From assembly GCA_016209525.1 (NCBI GenBank), contig JACQWK010000022.1:160-64159 (forward strand): 64,000 nt of DNA, read 5' to 3'. This document shows positions 1 to 8,315 of this stretch, piece after piece. Each line of letters starts with the position of its first letter. Within the stretch, counting starts at the first letter, position 1. Position numbers and translations under genes: made by a program. Source of the stretch: Verrucomicrobiota bacterium (GTDB lineage Bacteria > Verrucomicrobiota > Verrucomicrobiia > Limisphaerales > SIBE01). Under the pieces are notes generated by a model. The model was not told the DNA's origin, made no database searches, and saw only the letters and a list, made by a program, of their open reading frames with translations.

Positions 1-739
1 CGAGCTTGCGCTCGTCGAAAAGCGTGTCAGGAATGAGTCCCTTTTCCTTGACGAACCAGCAAAAGATCAGGCGGGTGATGAGGCGAATGACGCTGATGTG
101 GTCGTGGCCGTCGCCCTCCTTTGGCGCGTCCTTCGGGAAGCGGGCGTGCTTCAGCGCCCAGAAGTACCAGTTCGCAATCTCGCGGAAGAAATCTTTGGTG
201 ACGGCCTCGACATCGAACGCCAAGTCGCAGCGCTGCTGAATTGCCAGCGGCGTGATGCCGAACAATTCGGGATGAATCTCGGTCAAGTCGAGAAGCTGGA
301 TGCGCTCCGTCGCCGTGCGCAAACCCGCACCCCGCCTGACGGTGATTCGGCGAAACAGCCGGCGACGCTCGGTCTTCTCGTCGAACTTGACGTTTAGAAA
401 ATGCCAGTCTGTCTGGCCTTGGTTGGAGAAAACGAAGAGCGCGTACGGATGTTCGCGCAACAGTTGAGTGGCTACCGGACGCTCGAATCCGCGCGCGAGG
501 GCGTCAGACGCAAGCCGGCAATAGATGATGTGAAAGGCATTGTCCTCAGCGCCGCCTGCGAACAACACGGGATCATCCGCCAGACCCTTGCTGGCCGATT
601 CCGTCCACCCGCGCCGGGAAAGCGGCTGGTTGACGCGCTGGTAATTGAGTTCCGACCAAAAGAGTTGCTTCAGAGGTTCGATTCCCCGCAACCCTTTCAG
701 CAAAGCCAGAACGTTCTGCTGTCGTTCGGGTCGTGACAA
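1..739 (-). CDS. Type IIG restriction-modification / PglX-like N6-adenine DNA methyltransferase, N-terminal ~246 codons only (gene continues past the left window edge)
   Basis: Absent from the ORF track (TTG start at 739-737, no stop in window). Own minus-strand translation: MSRPERQQNVLALLKGLRGIEPLKQLFWSELNYQRVNQPLSRRGWTESASKGLADDPVLFAGGAEDNAFHIIYCRL...HPYALFVFSNQGQTDWHFLNVKFDEKTERRRLFRRITV...DVEAVTKDFFREIANWYFWALKHARFPKDAP...ISVIRLITRLIFCWFVKEKGLIPDTLF. This N-terminal layout is what I recall for Eco57I/PglX-type methylase(-endonuclease) proteins. Recognised from memory, not searched. Confidence 0.6.
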   Translation of the reverse strand, partial: MSRPERQQNVLALLKGLRGIEPLKQLFWSELNYQRVNQPLSRRGWTESASKGLADDPVLFAGGAEDNAFHIIYCRLASDALARGFERPVATQLLREHPYALFVFSNQGQTDWHFLNVKFDEKTERRRLFRRITVRRGAGLRTATERIQLLDLTEIHPELFGITPLAIQQRCDLAFDVEAVTKDFFREIANWYFWALKHARFPKDAPKEGDGHDHISVIRLITRLIFCWFVKEKGLIPDTLFDERKL

Positions 740-805
740 GGCTGTTCGCTCGCGTGCGAATAAGACCTGTCGGGATGGCTTTGGTTCCGGGAGGGATGCT
801 CGTGC

Positions 806-841
806 CTGAAAAAACGAAGGGGCGTGACCTACTCACGCCCC
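806..841 (-). terminator. Rho-independent terminator (minus strand)
   Basis: Minus strand reads GGGGCGTGA-GTAGG-TCACGCCCC followed by TTCGTTTTTTCAGG: 9-bp GC-rich stem, 5-nt loop, T-run. It lies about 70 nt upstream of the methyltransferase TTG start. Confidence 0.6.
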
Positions 842-1222
842 ATCACAGGCACTGGCATGCCCTTCACGGAACGCTTTCAGGCACGCCCGATATGGGCGTG
901 CCTTCGAGCGCCGTCCGTGAAGTCGAAATTGCCAGTTTCGTGATGGACAGCAGCCGAAGCTCGCGAAATGTGTTTTGTAAAAAAGGTTTCTGGTCGTCTT
1001 TGTTCTTTCGCTGACGCGGGAGAGATTACCGGAAACGTCCTTGCTCCGACAAGCGCGCTGAATTGCTCTGGCGCCAGGTCGATCCGCTCCCATCGCGGTG
1101 CGAGGCGATGACTGTAGTGGGATTGATCCCACGGTCCTGAACACTACACCGAAGCACGGTCTCCGCCTCGTTACCTCGGCGGCTACGAAGCGACGGTTCA
1201 TGGAGAGTGATGGCGCGTCCGT

Positions 1223-2945
1223 TCACCGGAGATCAAGCCGAACAGGATCATCTCCGGGCTTGAAAGCGGCGCGATAGAAGACGGTCTTGCCGTCCAGGCG
1301 CACCACCAAACCCGAGCGCACGTTGGGCGGATTTTTGAAACTCAGTCCTGCTTCACGCGGTTTGTGCCACAGCACGTCGATCCGCTTTCCACGCACCGGA
1401 GCTCCGCGGAGCTCGAAATACTCCAGGCCCATCGGGAGAGGATCAATCACCACGCTGCCGTCGTCCCGTACCATCAGTCCGGCCGCGTGCTGGATGATGA
1501 GATCGATCCACCACGAATGCATGTAGTCGCGGAATTTGTTTAGCGGGCGGCCGTCGATGGGATGGTACCGCTCGTAAAAATCCGGACGTGGCCGGAGATG
1601 GACTCTGGCCGCTCTGAGAAGCAGTTCTCCCGCTTGCGACAGGAGCGATCGGTCCAGCGATTTGGCGGCGGCAGCGAAGGCTTCCACAACGTGCGTGGTC
1701 GCCGCAGGCCAGGAGGGGCCTTGCCAAAAGCCCGTGGGATTGAAATCACGCTGATCTTTGGCGAGCGCCGGAACAGGGTAGGGGAGCCAGAACTGGTCAG
1801 GATTGAGCAAGTGTTCGCGATTCGTGATGGAGTTGAACCTTGTTCGTGCGTGGCGACGTGTACCAGGGAAAGCGCCCATCGTCGTAGGCGGCGTGGGCCA
1901 TGGTGGCGATGTGTCCGAATCCAGGCTTCGGATCCACGGCCCAATTCATGTCGAAGGCCATGAATGGCGCGCTGTAACAACAGTAAGTCTGGTAGGCCTG
2001 CCGGCCTTCCAAGACGACGGGGTATTTGAAATAGCCAAGGTCGCCCCCCGCCGTGGAAAAACGCAGGAGGAACCAACGAAAGGCGTACAGCTCTTCCAAG
2101 CCTCGGTCGGAACAGGCAAAGCGCGGGACCGCTTCGTCAAAGAACGCCGCCCACTCTTTGCGATTCTCCGTGAGCGGCTCTTTCTGCTTCAAGACCGCCG
2201 TCAAGTGTTTCTGCGCCTGGCGGTGATCGGGATGAATAGCGCAGGCAAGGATCAGCGAGCAAGTGCTGTGCTTGGAGACTGGAACTGAAAAAAACATTTG
2301 GCAGGTCCCCGGCGGACTGATTTGAACGTCGTTGGGCCTTTCGCTCGCGCCGACCGCGATGCTCAAGCCGTTCGTCAGGAACGCTGGAAAGACGCTGGTG
2401 TCCCGCACCAATACGCGGTCGCCGATGCGTTCGGTGAATCGATCCCCCGCAGGTTTCTCGCGCCAGTCGAACGACCGCCGGCAGTCGCCGTCGATCTCGA
2501 TGCGGTGCGGAGCGGTCTTGTCCGAAGTGTTGGTTAGAAAAATCTGGCAGACCACCACGTCGTCCTTCGTCACACAGACTCGTCGAGTTTCGGTGACAGG
2601 CTCCGGCGCGTTCGTCGGTTGCGGCGGCCTGGGATCAAGCACCACATGATCGGGGAACCATTCGATGGTTTGGCCGCGGGCGGCGCTGAAAATGTCGCCC
2701 AGCTCGTGCGTGGCGAAGAAGAAAGGCGGAACTTCGCCAGTGTAGAGCGCCACGTTGCGAGCATGGCCCACGCTGTTCTTGTCTGCGCGGTGGCCAACGA
2801 GATCGAGGATTGGGTGGGGCGGCAATGAGTTGGGGGCGTGGCGGATCGCCGCAGTGGCGTGTTTGTCAGCACGAGCCTCATCGCCCACGGCATGGGGGAG
2901 CGACGTGAACAGGATCGCCAGAACTAATGGAAGAGCGCATCGCAT
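1223..2945 (-). pseudogene. Secreted (alpha/alpha)6 glycoside hydrolase, GH63/MGH1-like, interrupted by a frameshift
   Basis: Two minus-strand ORFs in different frames overlap at 1797-1879. ORF 1797-2945 has a signal peptide MRCALPLVLAILFTSLPHAVG and ...YFKYPVVLEGRQAYQTYCCYSAPFMAFD...DDGRFPWYTSPRTNK. ORF 1223-1879 continues ...FNSITNREHLLNPDQFWLPYPVPALAKDQRDFNPTGFWQGPSWPAATTHV...HSWWIDLIIQH. Together they read as one enzyme if one nucleotide is gained or lost near 1830-1860. Confidence 0.55.
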
Positions 2946-2978
2946 GGTGGGTGTCCTCAGTTTTTCTTCTTAGAAACC

Positions 2979-3065
2979 AACCCACCCCTGCACCCCTTCC
3001 AGGAGGGGAACTGAAAATGGCGCCACAGATGAAGCTCCACTCCTGGGAGGGGTACGGGGTGGGTT
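2979..3065. repeat. ~87-bp palindromic intergenic element, copy 1 of 2 (second copy at 57644-57731)
   Basis: AACCCACCCCTGCACCCCTTCCAGGAGG...GCTCCACTCCTGGGAGGGGTACGGGGTGGGTT. The arms are imperfect inverted repeats around a ~35-nt centre. It shares the GCTCCACTCCTGGGAGGGG and GTGGGTT blocks with the copy at 57644-57731. Confidence 0.75.
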
Positions 3066-3669
3066 CATGCTTTCAACATGTGATTGCAGAATCATGGAAG
3101 CTCTTCACGAGCGTTTTCCAACAGCAGGACAGGCATCTTTCCTGTCTCTCGGTTCGCTTCAAAATCGTCGTAAGAAGGCAGGCTTGAAGTCTGCCCTACT
3201 TCAGCAAACCGGCATTGCGGACGCTCTTTAACAGGATTCCGGGTCTGATTCGATCTTTTTTGCCGGCTACTGAGTTCATCCCCAAGTCGGCAGTTGAGCA
3301 GTCACAACTGACCACCGCGCGGCTCCGGCGCTGCCAATATTCAATGTGGGCGGAGTAGCCGCAAGAAGGCGCAAAGGACTCAGCCCGGCGCAGCCGCAAC
3401 CAAAGCTGGTGGGGCGAGACTCTGTCGAGCCCTGGAATCCTCACTGGCAATGAATCGTGAAGTTCAGAAGATTTTTCCGGATGAATTTCTAACGTTTCGG
3501 CATAGGACCGCTCTAAGAATACGGCACCTGCCATTCCCATTGGCAGTCAAACCAGCGACGAGGAAGTTGATAAACCAAACCCGGCACCTGAGCCGGAATC
3601 GTTGCCAAGACTGCAGAAGTTCTCTTTCTGCAGGGAAAAAATCTTGATCGCAATTGGGCGCACTCGACG

Positions 3670-3993
3670 TTGACGATTCAGCCGGGGGATGTGCTCTACG
3701 CGTATGTCTTTCTGGACCGCGCGAATCCTCCGCTCGAACTGATGCTCGCCTGGAGCACGACGGACGGCGATTGGCAACACGCCGCTTACTGGGGCGCGAA
3801 CCTCATTCCCTATGGCGCGGACGGAACCGCGAGCCGGCGTTATATGGGACCGCTCCCGCCCACGGGCCAATGGGTCCGGTTGGAAGTGCCGGCGAGCGCC
3901 GTTGAGTTGGAAGGCACGGCACTTCCGGGAATGAACTTTGTCTTGTATGGCGGTCGCACGGCTTGGGATTATGGTGGCACCGCAAGGCGATGA
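3670..3993 (+). CDS. Hypothetical protein; looks like an isolated C-terminal beta-sandwich-type domain (possible gene fragment)
   Basis: ORF-track entry with a TTG start; the frame is open back to 3592. Protein-like sequence: LTIQPGDVLYAYVFLDRANPPLELMLAWSTTDGDWQHAAYWGANLIPYGADGTASRRYMGPLPPTGQWVRLEVPASAVELEGTALPGMNFVLYGGRTAWDYGG. I cannot name a family. No obvious N-terminal region or signal peptide. Confidence 0.35.
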   Translation: MTIQPGDVLYAYVFLDRANPPLELMLAWSTTDGDWQHAAYWGANLIPYGADGTASRRYMGPLPPTGQWVRLEVPASAVELEGTALPGMNFVLYGGRTAWDYGGTARR

Positions 3994-4002
3994 ATCAGGC
4001 CT

Positions 4003-6162
4003 TTGCGGGACGCAATGCGAAACAGCGATTCGCCCGCACCGGAAAATCAAACTCAAGACGTCCAGGCAGCGTTGACGGCCGCGTTGGCGCATCAGCGAGC
4101 CGGCGATTGGGTCCGAGCCGCCGAGATTTGCGAGAGGGTGGTGGCGCTTCGGCCGGATCACGTCGAGGCGCTGCACCTGCTCGCGCTCGCAACCCTGAAT
4201 TCAGGCGACGCGGGACGAGCGGCGCAGTTGCTGAAGAAGGCAGCGGCGCTGAAAGCGAACAACGCGACCATACTCCTCAATCTAGGAAATGCGCTGTCGG
4301 CCTGCGGTAATTTCGTCGAAGCGGTTTCTGTTTACAGGCACACGCTAGCAATCGAGCCTCAGGCTTCCGACGCGCATTTCAACCTTGGCCTGGCCTTGCG
4401 CAAACTGGGGAAGCCGGGCGAGGCCATGACCTGCTTTCGGAACGTGATCGGATTCAACCCGAGCCATTCGCAGACCCTTGGGGAGGCGCATTTCCACTTG
4501 GGATGTTGCCTCTGGGAACTCAAGCGCACGAAGGAAGCGATCTTGGCGTATCGCCGCGCGCTGGAGGCCGGAGCGAGTTTCCGAGAACTTCACGGCAATC
4601 TCGGTCTTGCCCTCCAGGAAGCCGGACGGTTCGAGGAAGCGGTGTCGGCTTATCGATGTGCCATCGGGTTCAAACCCGATATTCTTGAAGTCCGTTTGAA
4701 CTTGGCCTTGGCGGAGGAACAGTGCGGCTTGTCGGAGGATGCCATCCGCGACTACGACGTGGCGCTGCGATTGGACCCGAAATGCCGGCAGGCCCATTGG
4801 GCCCGTTGCTTGGCACTGCCCATAGTTTATCAGGATGAGAAACAACTGGACGCGTATGCCGCGCGCTGGTCTGAAGGAATCGACTGCCTCCTGAACGAGG
4901 TTCGAAGCAAGCCCCTCGCGGATCCAACACAAGCGCTCTCCTTGCTTTCGTGGAAAACGAATTTCTACTTGCACTATCAGGGGAAGGATCACACCCGGTT
5001 GCAGGCCAAGTATAGCCAACTCCTGAGCGAACTGGCGGCGATCGCTTTTCCGGGTCTGACGCGGCGAATCCCGAGGCGCGCCCGGGTCGCGGAGGACAAG
5101 ATCCGTGTCGCCTTCGTGAGCTCTTATTTCGTCCGGCACACGATGGCCAAGTTGTTTGGGGGATGGTTGAGAGAATTGGATCGCGCAAAATTTGACGTTC
5201 ATGCCGTCGGCCTGGCGGCGGGTCCCGATGCCGAGCCCGTCGATATTGGAAGGGACGGTTGCTGGCACAATTTGGGGGCGCTTCCAGCCCGGAGAGTGAT
5301 GGAATGGATGCGAGATCAGCGCTTCGACGTGATCGTCTATTTGGACATCGGGATGCATTTCCGCACACAGCCCCTGGCGGCGCTGAGACTGGCGCCCGTC
5401 CAATGCTGCGCTTGGGGACACCCGGTCACCTCCGGCCTTCCGACGATCGATTACTTCCTGAGCAGCGAACTCATGGAACCGGAGAATGGCGAGTCACACT
5501 ACACCGAGAAATTGATTCCACTGCCGAATCTTTCAATTTGCTATCGCTTTCCCAAAGCGCAGGACCTCCATTCTCCGGTTGAGTCTGGCCGTGACAGGGT
5601 CCATTACTTCTGCAGCCAGAGCCTCTTTAAATTGCTGCCTCAGTTCGATGAGATTTACCCACGCATCGCGCTGCGAGTTCGGAATGCGGACTTCCGGTTT
5701 ATTCGCCACCCCTCGACCGGTGTCACGCAGACATTCCTGAACCGTCTCCGGGGCGCCTTTTCCAGACAGGGCTTGAGCGCGGAGCATTATGTCCGCTTTT
5801 GTCCCCGATTGTCCGAGGAAGGATTCTTTCAGGCCACGCAAGAGGCGACCGTGCTGTTGGACAGTCTTTTGTGGTCGGGCGGGAACAGCAGCCTGGAAGC
5901 CCTGGCTTGCGATAAGCCAATTGTCACGCGACCGGGGCCGTTAATGAGAGGACGGCATACGTACGGAATGCTGCGCCGGGCGGGAATTGAGGAATTGATC
6001 GCCGGCGACGTTGAAGAGTACATCGAGATCGCCGTGAGGCTTGGGTTGGATGTGAAGTGGCGCGCCGCGGTGACGGAAAGAATTCGATCGCAAAAAAGCG
6101 TCGTTTACGACGACCGTGCGCCGGTCCGGGCGCTGGAGCAATTCCTGTTGAGTCATGCGTAG
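4003..6162 (+). CDS. TPR-repeat protein with C-terminal GT41 (SPINDLY / O-GlcNAc-transferase-like) glycosyltransferase domain
   Basis: 719-aa ORF (TTG at 4003, ATG at 4015). N-terminal half is TPR units (AEICERVVALRPDHVEALHLLALATLNSGD..., AVSVYRHTLAIEPQASDAHFNLGLALRKLGK...). C-terminal half has IRVAFVSSYFVRHTMAKLFGGWL..., CCAWGHPVTSGLPTIDYFLSSELMEP, YFCSQSLFKLLPQFD, typical of bacterial SPINDLY-family proteins. Confidence 0.8.
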   Translation: MRDAMRNSDSPAPENQTQDVQAALTAALAHQRAGDWVRAAEICERVVALRPDHVEALHLLALATLNSGDAGRAAQLLKKAAALKANNATILLNLGNALSACGNFVEAVSVYRHTLAIEPQASDAHFNLGLALRKLGKPGEAMTCFRNVIGFNPSHSQTLGEAHFHLGCCLWELKRTKEAILAYRRALEAGASFRELHGNLGLALQEAGRFEEAVSAYRCAIGFKPDILEVRLNLALAEEQCGLSEDAIRDYDVALRLDPKCRQAHWARCLALPIVYQDEKQLDAYAARWSEGIDCLLNEVRSKPLADPTQALSLLSWKTNFYLHYQGKDHTRLQAKYSQLLSELAAIAFPGLTRRIPRRARVAEDKIRVAFVSSYFVRHTMAKLFGGWLRELDRAKFDVHAVGLAAGPDAEPVDIGRDGCWHNLGALPARRVMEWMRDQRFDVIVYLDIGMHFRTQPLAALRLAPVQCCAWGHPVTSGLPTIDYFLSSELMEPENGESHYTEKLIPLPNLSICYRFPKAQDLHSPVESGRDRVHYFCSQSLFKLLPQFDEIYPRIALRVRNADFRFIRHPSTGVTQTFLNRLRGAFSRQGLSAEHYVRFCPRLSEEGFFQATQEATVLLDSLLWSGGNSSLEALACDKPIVTRPGPLMRGRHTYGMLRRAGIEELIAGDVEEYIEIAVRLGLDVKWRAAVTERIRSQKSVVYDDRAPVRALEQFLLSHA

Positions 6163-6187
6163 CACACGAGGACGCCGGACCACGTTT

Positions 6188-6606
6188 CCTTCCCCCTCAC
6201 CCTGGCCCTTCCCAGTATCTGGTTAGCGGCGTTTCTGGCGTAGCGCAGAGTTGCACTCTGCCGTATCGCCAATTTGCAATCGGCGGCGGATCGGCAAGTT
6301 CCAGGGCGTTGGAGCTTGTCCGGCGGATGCGGAATGCTATTCCGCGATACAGCCCAGCGCGGTCGAGCCGCAACCAAAACTTCGAGAGAGGATGACGATG
6401 ACGATGACGATGACGAGAATTTGCGCGAACTGCGACGATTTCAGGCGATACTGATAGATTGAGAATCTGCGCTACGCTAAACACATAGTCTCCCCAGGGG
6501 AGAGGGAGAACCGCCCGCAGCGCGCGGAAAAACTGGCTGCCGCCGTGAGCCGGACGCGGAAATGGCTATTCCCTCTCCTTGAGAGGGCCAGGGTGAGGGG
6601 AAAGGC
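6188..6606. repeat. 419-bp non-coding block bounded by 22-bp inverted repeats (MITE-like or composite REP cluster)
   Basis: CCTTCCCCCTCACCCTGGCCCT at 6188-6209 versus AGGGCCAGGGTGAGGGGAAAGG at 6585-6606 (reverse complement differs at 1 of 22 positions). The interior holds small hairpins (GCAGAGTTGCACTCTGC), TCTCCCCAGGGGAGAGGGAGAA and a (GATGAC)4 microsatellite. No credible ORF. Confidence 0.55.
6391..6414. repeat. (GATGAC)x4 microsatellite
   Basis: gatgacgatgacgatgacgatgac read directly at 6391-6414, in an intergenic spacer. Confidence 0.9.
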
Positions 6607-6637
6607 GACGCCCAAGGACCAAGGGATGAAGTGACTC

Positions 6638-8095
6638 TCAAGCCAACAGCTTCGTCACCACATTTCCGGCGACGTCCGTGAGTCGAAAATCGCGGCCCTG
6701 GAAACGAAACGTGAGCTTGGTGTGGTCGAGTCCCAGCAGATGCAGGAGGGTGGCGTGCAGATCGTGCACATGGACTCGGTCTTCCACAGGGCCGAATCCT
6801 AACTCATCCGTGGCGCCTAGAACGCAACCGGCTTTGACGCCGCCTCCCGCCATCCAGATCGTAAAAGCGTCGATGTGATGATTGCGCCCGGTGGTTTCGC
6901 GGTTTTCTCCCATGGGAGTGCGGCCGAACTCGCCGCCCCAAATCACCAGCGTGTCATCGAGCAGGCCGCGTTGCCGGAGATCCTTGACCAAGGCCGCGCA
7001 CGGCTGATCCACATCATGGCAGACTTTTTCGAACGATTTTTGCAGGTCCTCGCCGGGGCCGCCGTGGCTGTCCCAATTCGTATGATACAGTTGGATAAAG
7101 CGGACGCCGCGTTCCACGAGCCGGCGCGCGAGCAGGCAATTATTGGCAAAGGAAGGTTTGCCCGGTTCTGCGCCGTAGAGCGCGAGAGTGGACGGCGATT
7201 CCTGGGAAAGGTCGATCAACTCCGGCGCGCTCGTCTGCATGCGGAACGCCATTTCGTAAGCGGAAATGCGGGTGGCGATCTCGGAGTCGCGCGTCTCGAC
7301 CAGTCGCTGCAAGTTCAGGTCGCGAATGGCATCGATGGCTTGCCGCTGCCGGGCCGGAGTGATGCCCTTGGGATTGGACAGGTTGAGGATGGGATCGCCT
7401 TGTCCGCGCAAAGGCACGCCTTGAAAAGTCGAGGGCAAGAATCCGCTGCCCCAATTCACCGCGCCGCCGCGCGGGCCGCGCGGGCCCGATTGGAGAACCA
7501 CGAAACCCGGCAAATTCTGCGCTTCGCTTCCGATCCCATAGGTCACCCATGCGCCCATGCTGGGCCGGCCAAATTGAGCGGAGCCGGTGTTGATGAACAA
7601 TTTCGCCGGAGCATGGTTGAACACTTCGGTGGCGCAAGAACGGATGATGGTGATGTCATCCACGATGGTCGAGATGTGAGGAAACATCTCGGAAACCCAG
7701 GCGCCGCTTTGGCCATGCCGTGCAAACTCGCGTCGCGTGCCGAGAAGTTTTGGCGGCGCTTTGGTAAACGTGTCCATGAAGGCGAATCGTTTGTCTTTGA
7801 TAAAAGATTCCGGAATCGCTTGGCCGTTCAGTTCCCGGAGTTTCGGCTTGTAATCGAAAAGCTCAAGCTGGCTGGGTCCGCCCGCCATGAAGAGATAGAT
7901 GATGTTCTTGGCTCGGCTTGGAAAATGAGGATTCTTCGGGGCGACAGGGCTAATCAATTTCGGCGTGTCCTGCGCGAAACTAGAGGACTGGCGCAGGAGT
8001 GATGCCAGAGCGATGGATCCAAGGCCCACGGCGCATCGACTGAAGAAGTGCCGGCGCGTAATCGAGAGCAGCTCTTGACTGGTTGGATCGACCAT
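6638..8095 (-). CDS. DUF1501 domain-containing protein (sulfatase-fold, Tat signal)
   Basis: 485 aa. Tat-type N-terminus SITRRHFFSRCAVGLGSIALASLL, then NIIYLFMAGGPSQLELFDYKP...VVLQSG...WDSHG...VIWGGEFGRTP...GRNHH, the pattern I associate with DUF1501 of Planctomycetes/Verrucomicrobia. Confidence 0.85.
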   Translation of the reverse strand: MVDPTSQELLSITRRHFFSRCAVGLGSIALASLLRQSSSFAQDTPKLISPVAPKNPHFPSRAKNIIYLFMAGGPSQLELFDYKPKLRELNGQAIPESFIKDKRFAFMDTFTKAPPKLLGTRREFARHGQSGAWVSEMFPHISTIVDDITIIRSCATEVFNHAPAKLFINTGSAQFGRPSMGAWVTYGIGSEAQNLPGFVVLQSGPRGPRGGAVNWGSGFLPSTFQGVPLRGQGDPILNLSNPKGITPARQRQAIDAIRDLNLQRLVETRDSEIATRISAYEMAFRMQTSAPELIDLSQESPSTLALYGAEPGKPSFANNCLLARRLVERGVRFIQLYHTNWDSHGGPGEDLQKSFEKVCHDVDQPCAALVKDLRQRGLLDDTLVIWGGEFGRTPMGENRETTGRNHHIDAFTIWMAGGGVKAGCVLGATDELGFGPVEDRVHVHDLHATLLHLLGLDHTKLTFRFQGRDFRLTDVAGNVVTKLLA

Positions 8096-8165
8096 TGTCT
8101 CGTCCAGAAATTATGGCAAGAAGCGGGTCGGGTCAATGGCCGTTTCATGGCGGTGGGCGTCCCGC

Positions 8166-8274
8166 CTGCGGTAGAGCCGGGCATCCTGCCCGGTGGAGCT
8201 TGGCCAAAGATCGGAAGCTGGTCTGGTGTTTCACGCTGCGGTAATGGCGGCAAGATGCGCCCCCTCTACGGCAG
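8166..8274. repeat. Cluster of GC-rich CTGCSGTAGRG-type elements
   Basis: CTGCGGTAGAG (8166-8176) followed by hairpin CCGGGCATCCTGCCCGG (8177-8193); CTGCGGTAATG (8236-8246); CTCTACGGCAG (8264-8274, the reverse complement of CTGCCGTAGAG). Same core recurs at 26652-26662, 26838-26848, 26937-26947. Confidence 0.6.
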
Positions 8275-8315
8275 CCAGGATGGCCACCGCTGCGAACAAG
8301 TCACAGATGCACCGG

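Noticed and set aside
1-739. Calling a BREX system
   Set aside because: Only the N-terminal part of one methyltransferase-like gene is visible. No PglZ/BrxC/BrxL is in the window. The evidence supports only a type IIG/PglX-like methylase at the edge.
3196-3540. 114-aa minus-strand ORF as a gene or mobile-element remnant
   Set aside because: No recognisable motifs, R/S/L-rich composition, and no start context. Treated as non-coding spacer.
6875-8002. 375-aa plus-strand ORF; similarly 4345-5421(-), 8193-9071(+), 9239-9970(+), 21741-22619(+), 24351-25235(+), 29892-30953(-), 22702-23508(+)
   Set aside because: All lie antisense or out of frame within confidently assigned genes in a high-GC3 genome. 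None has recognisable motifs.
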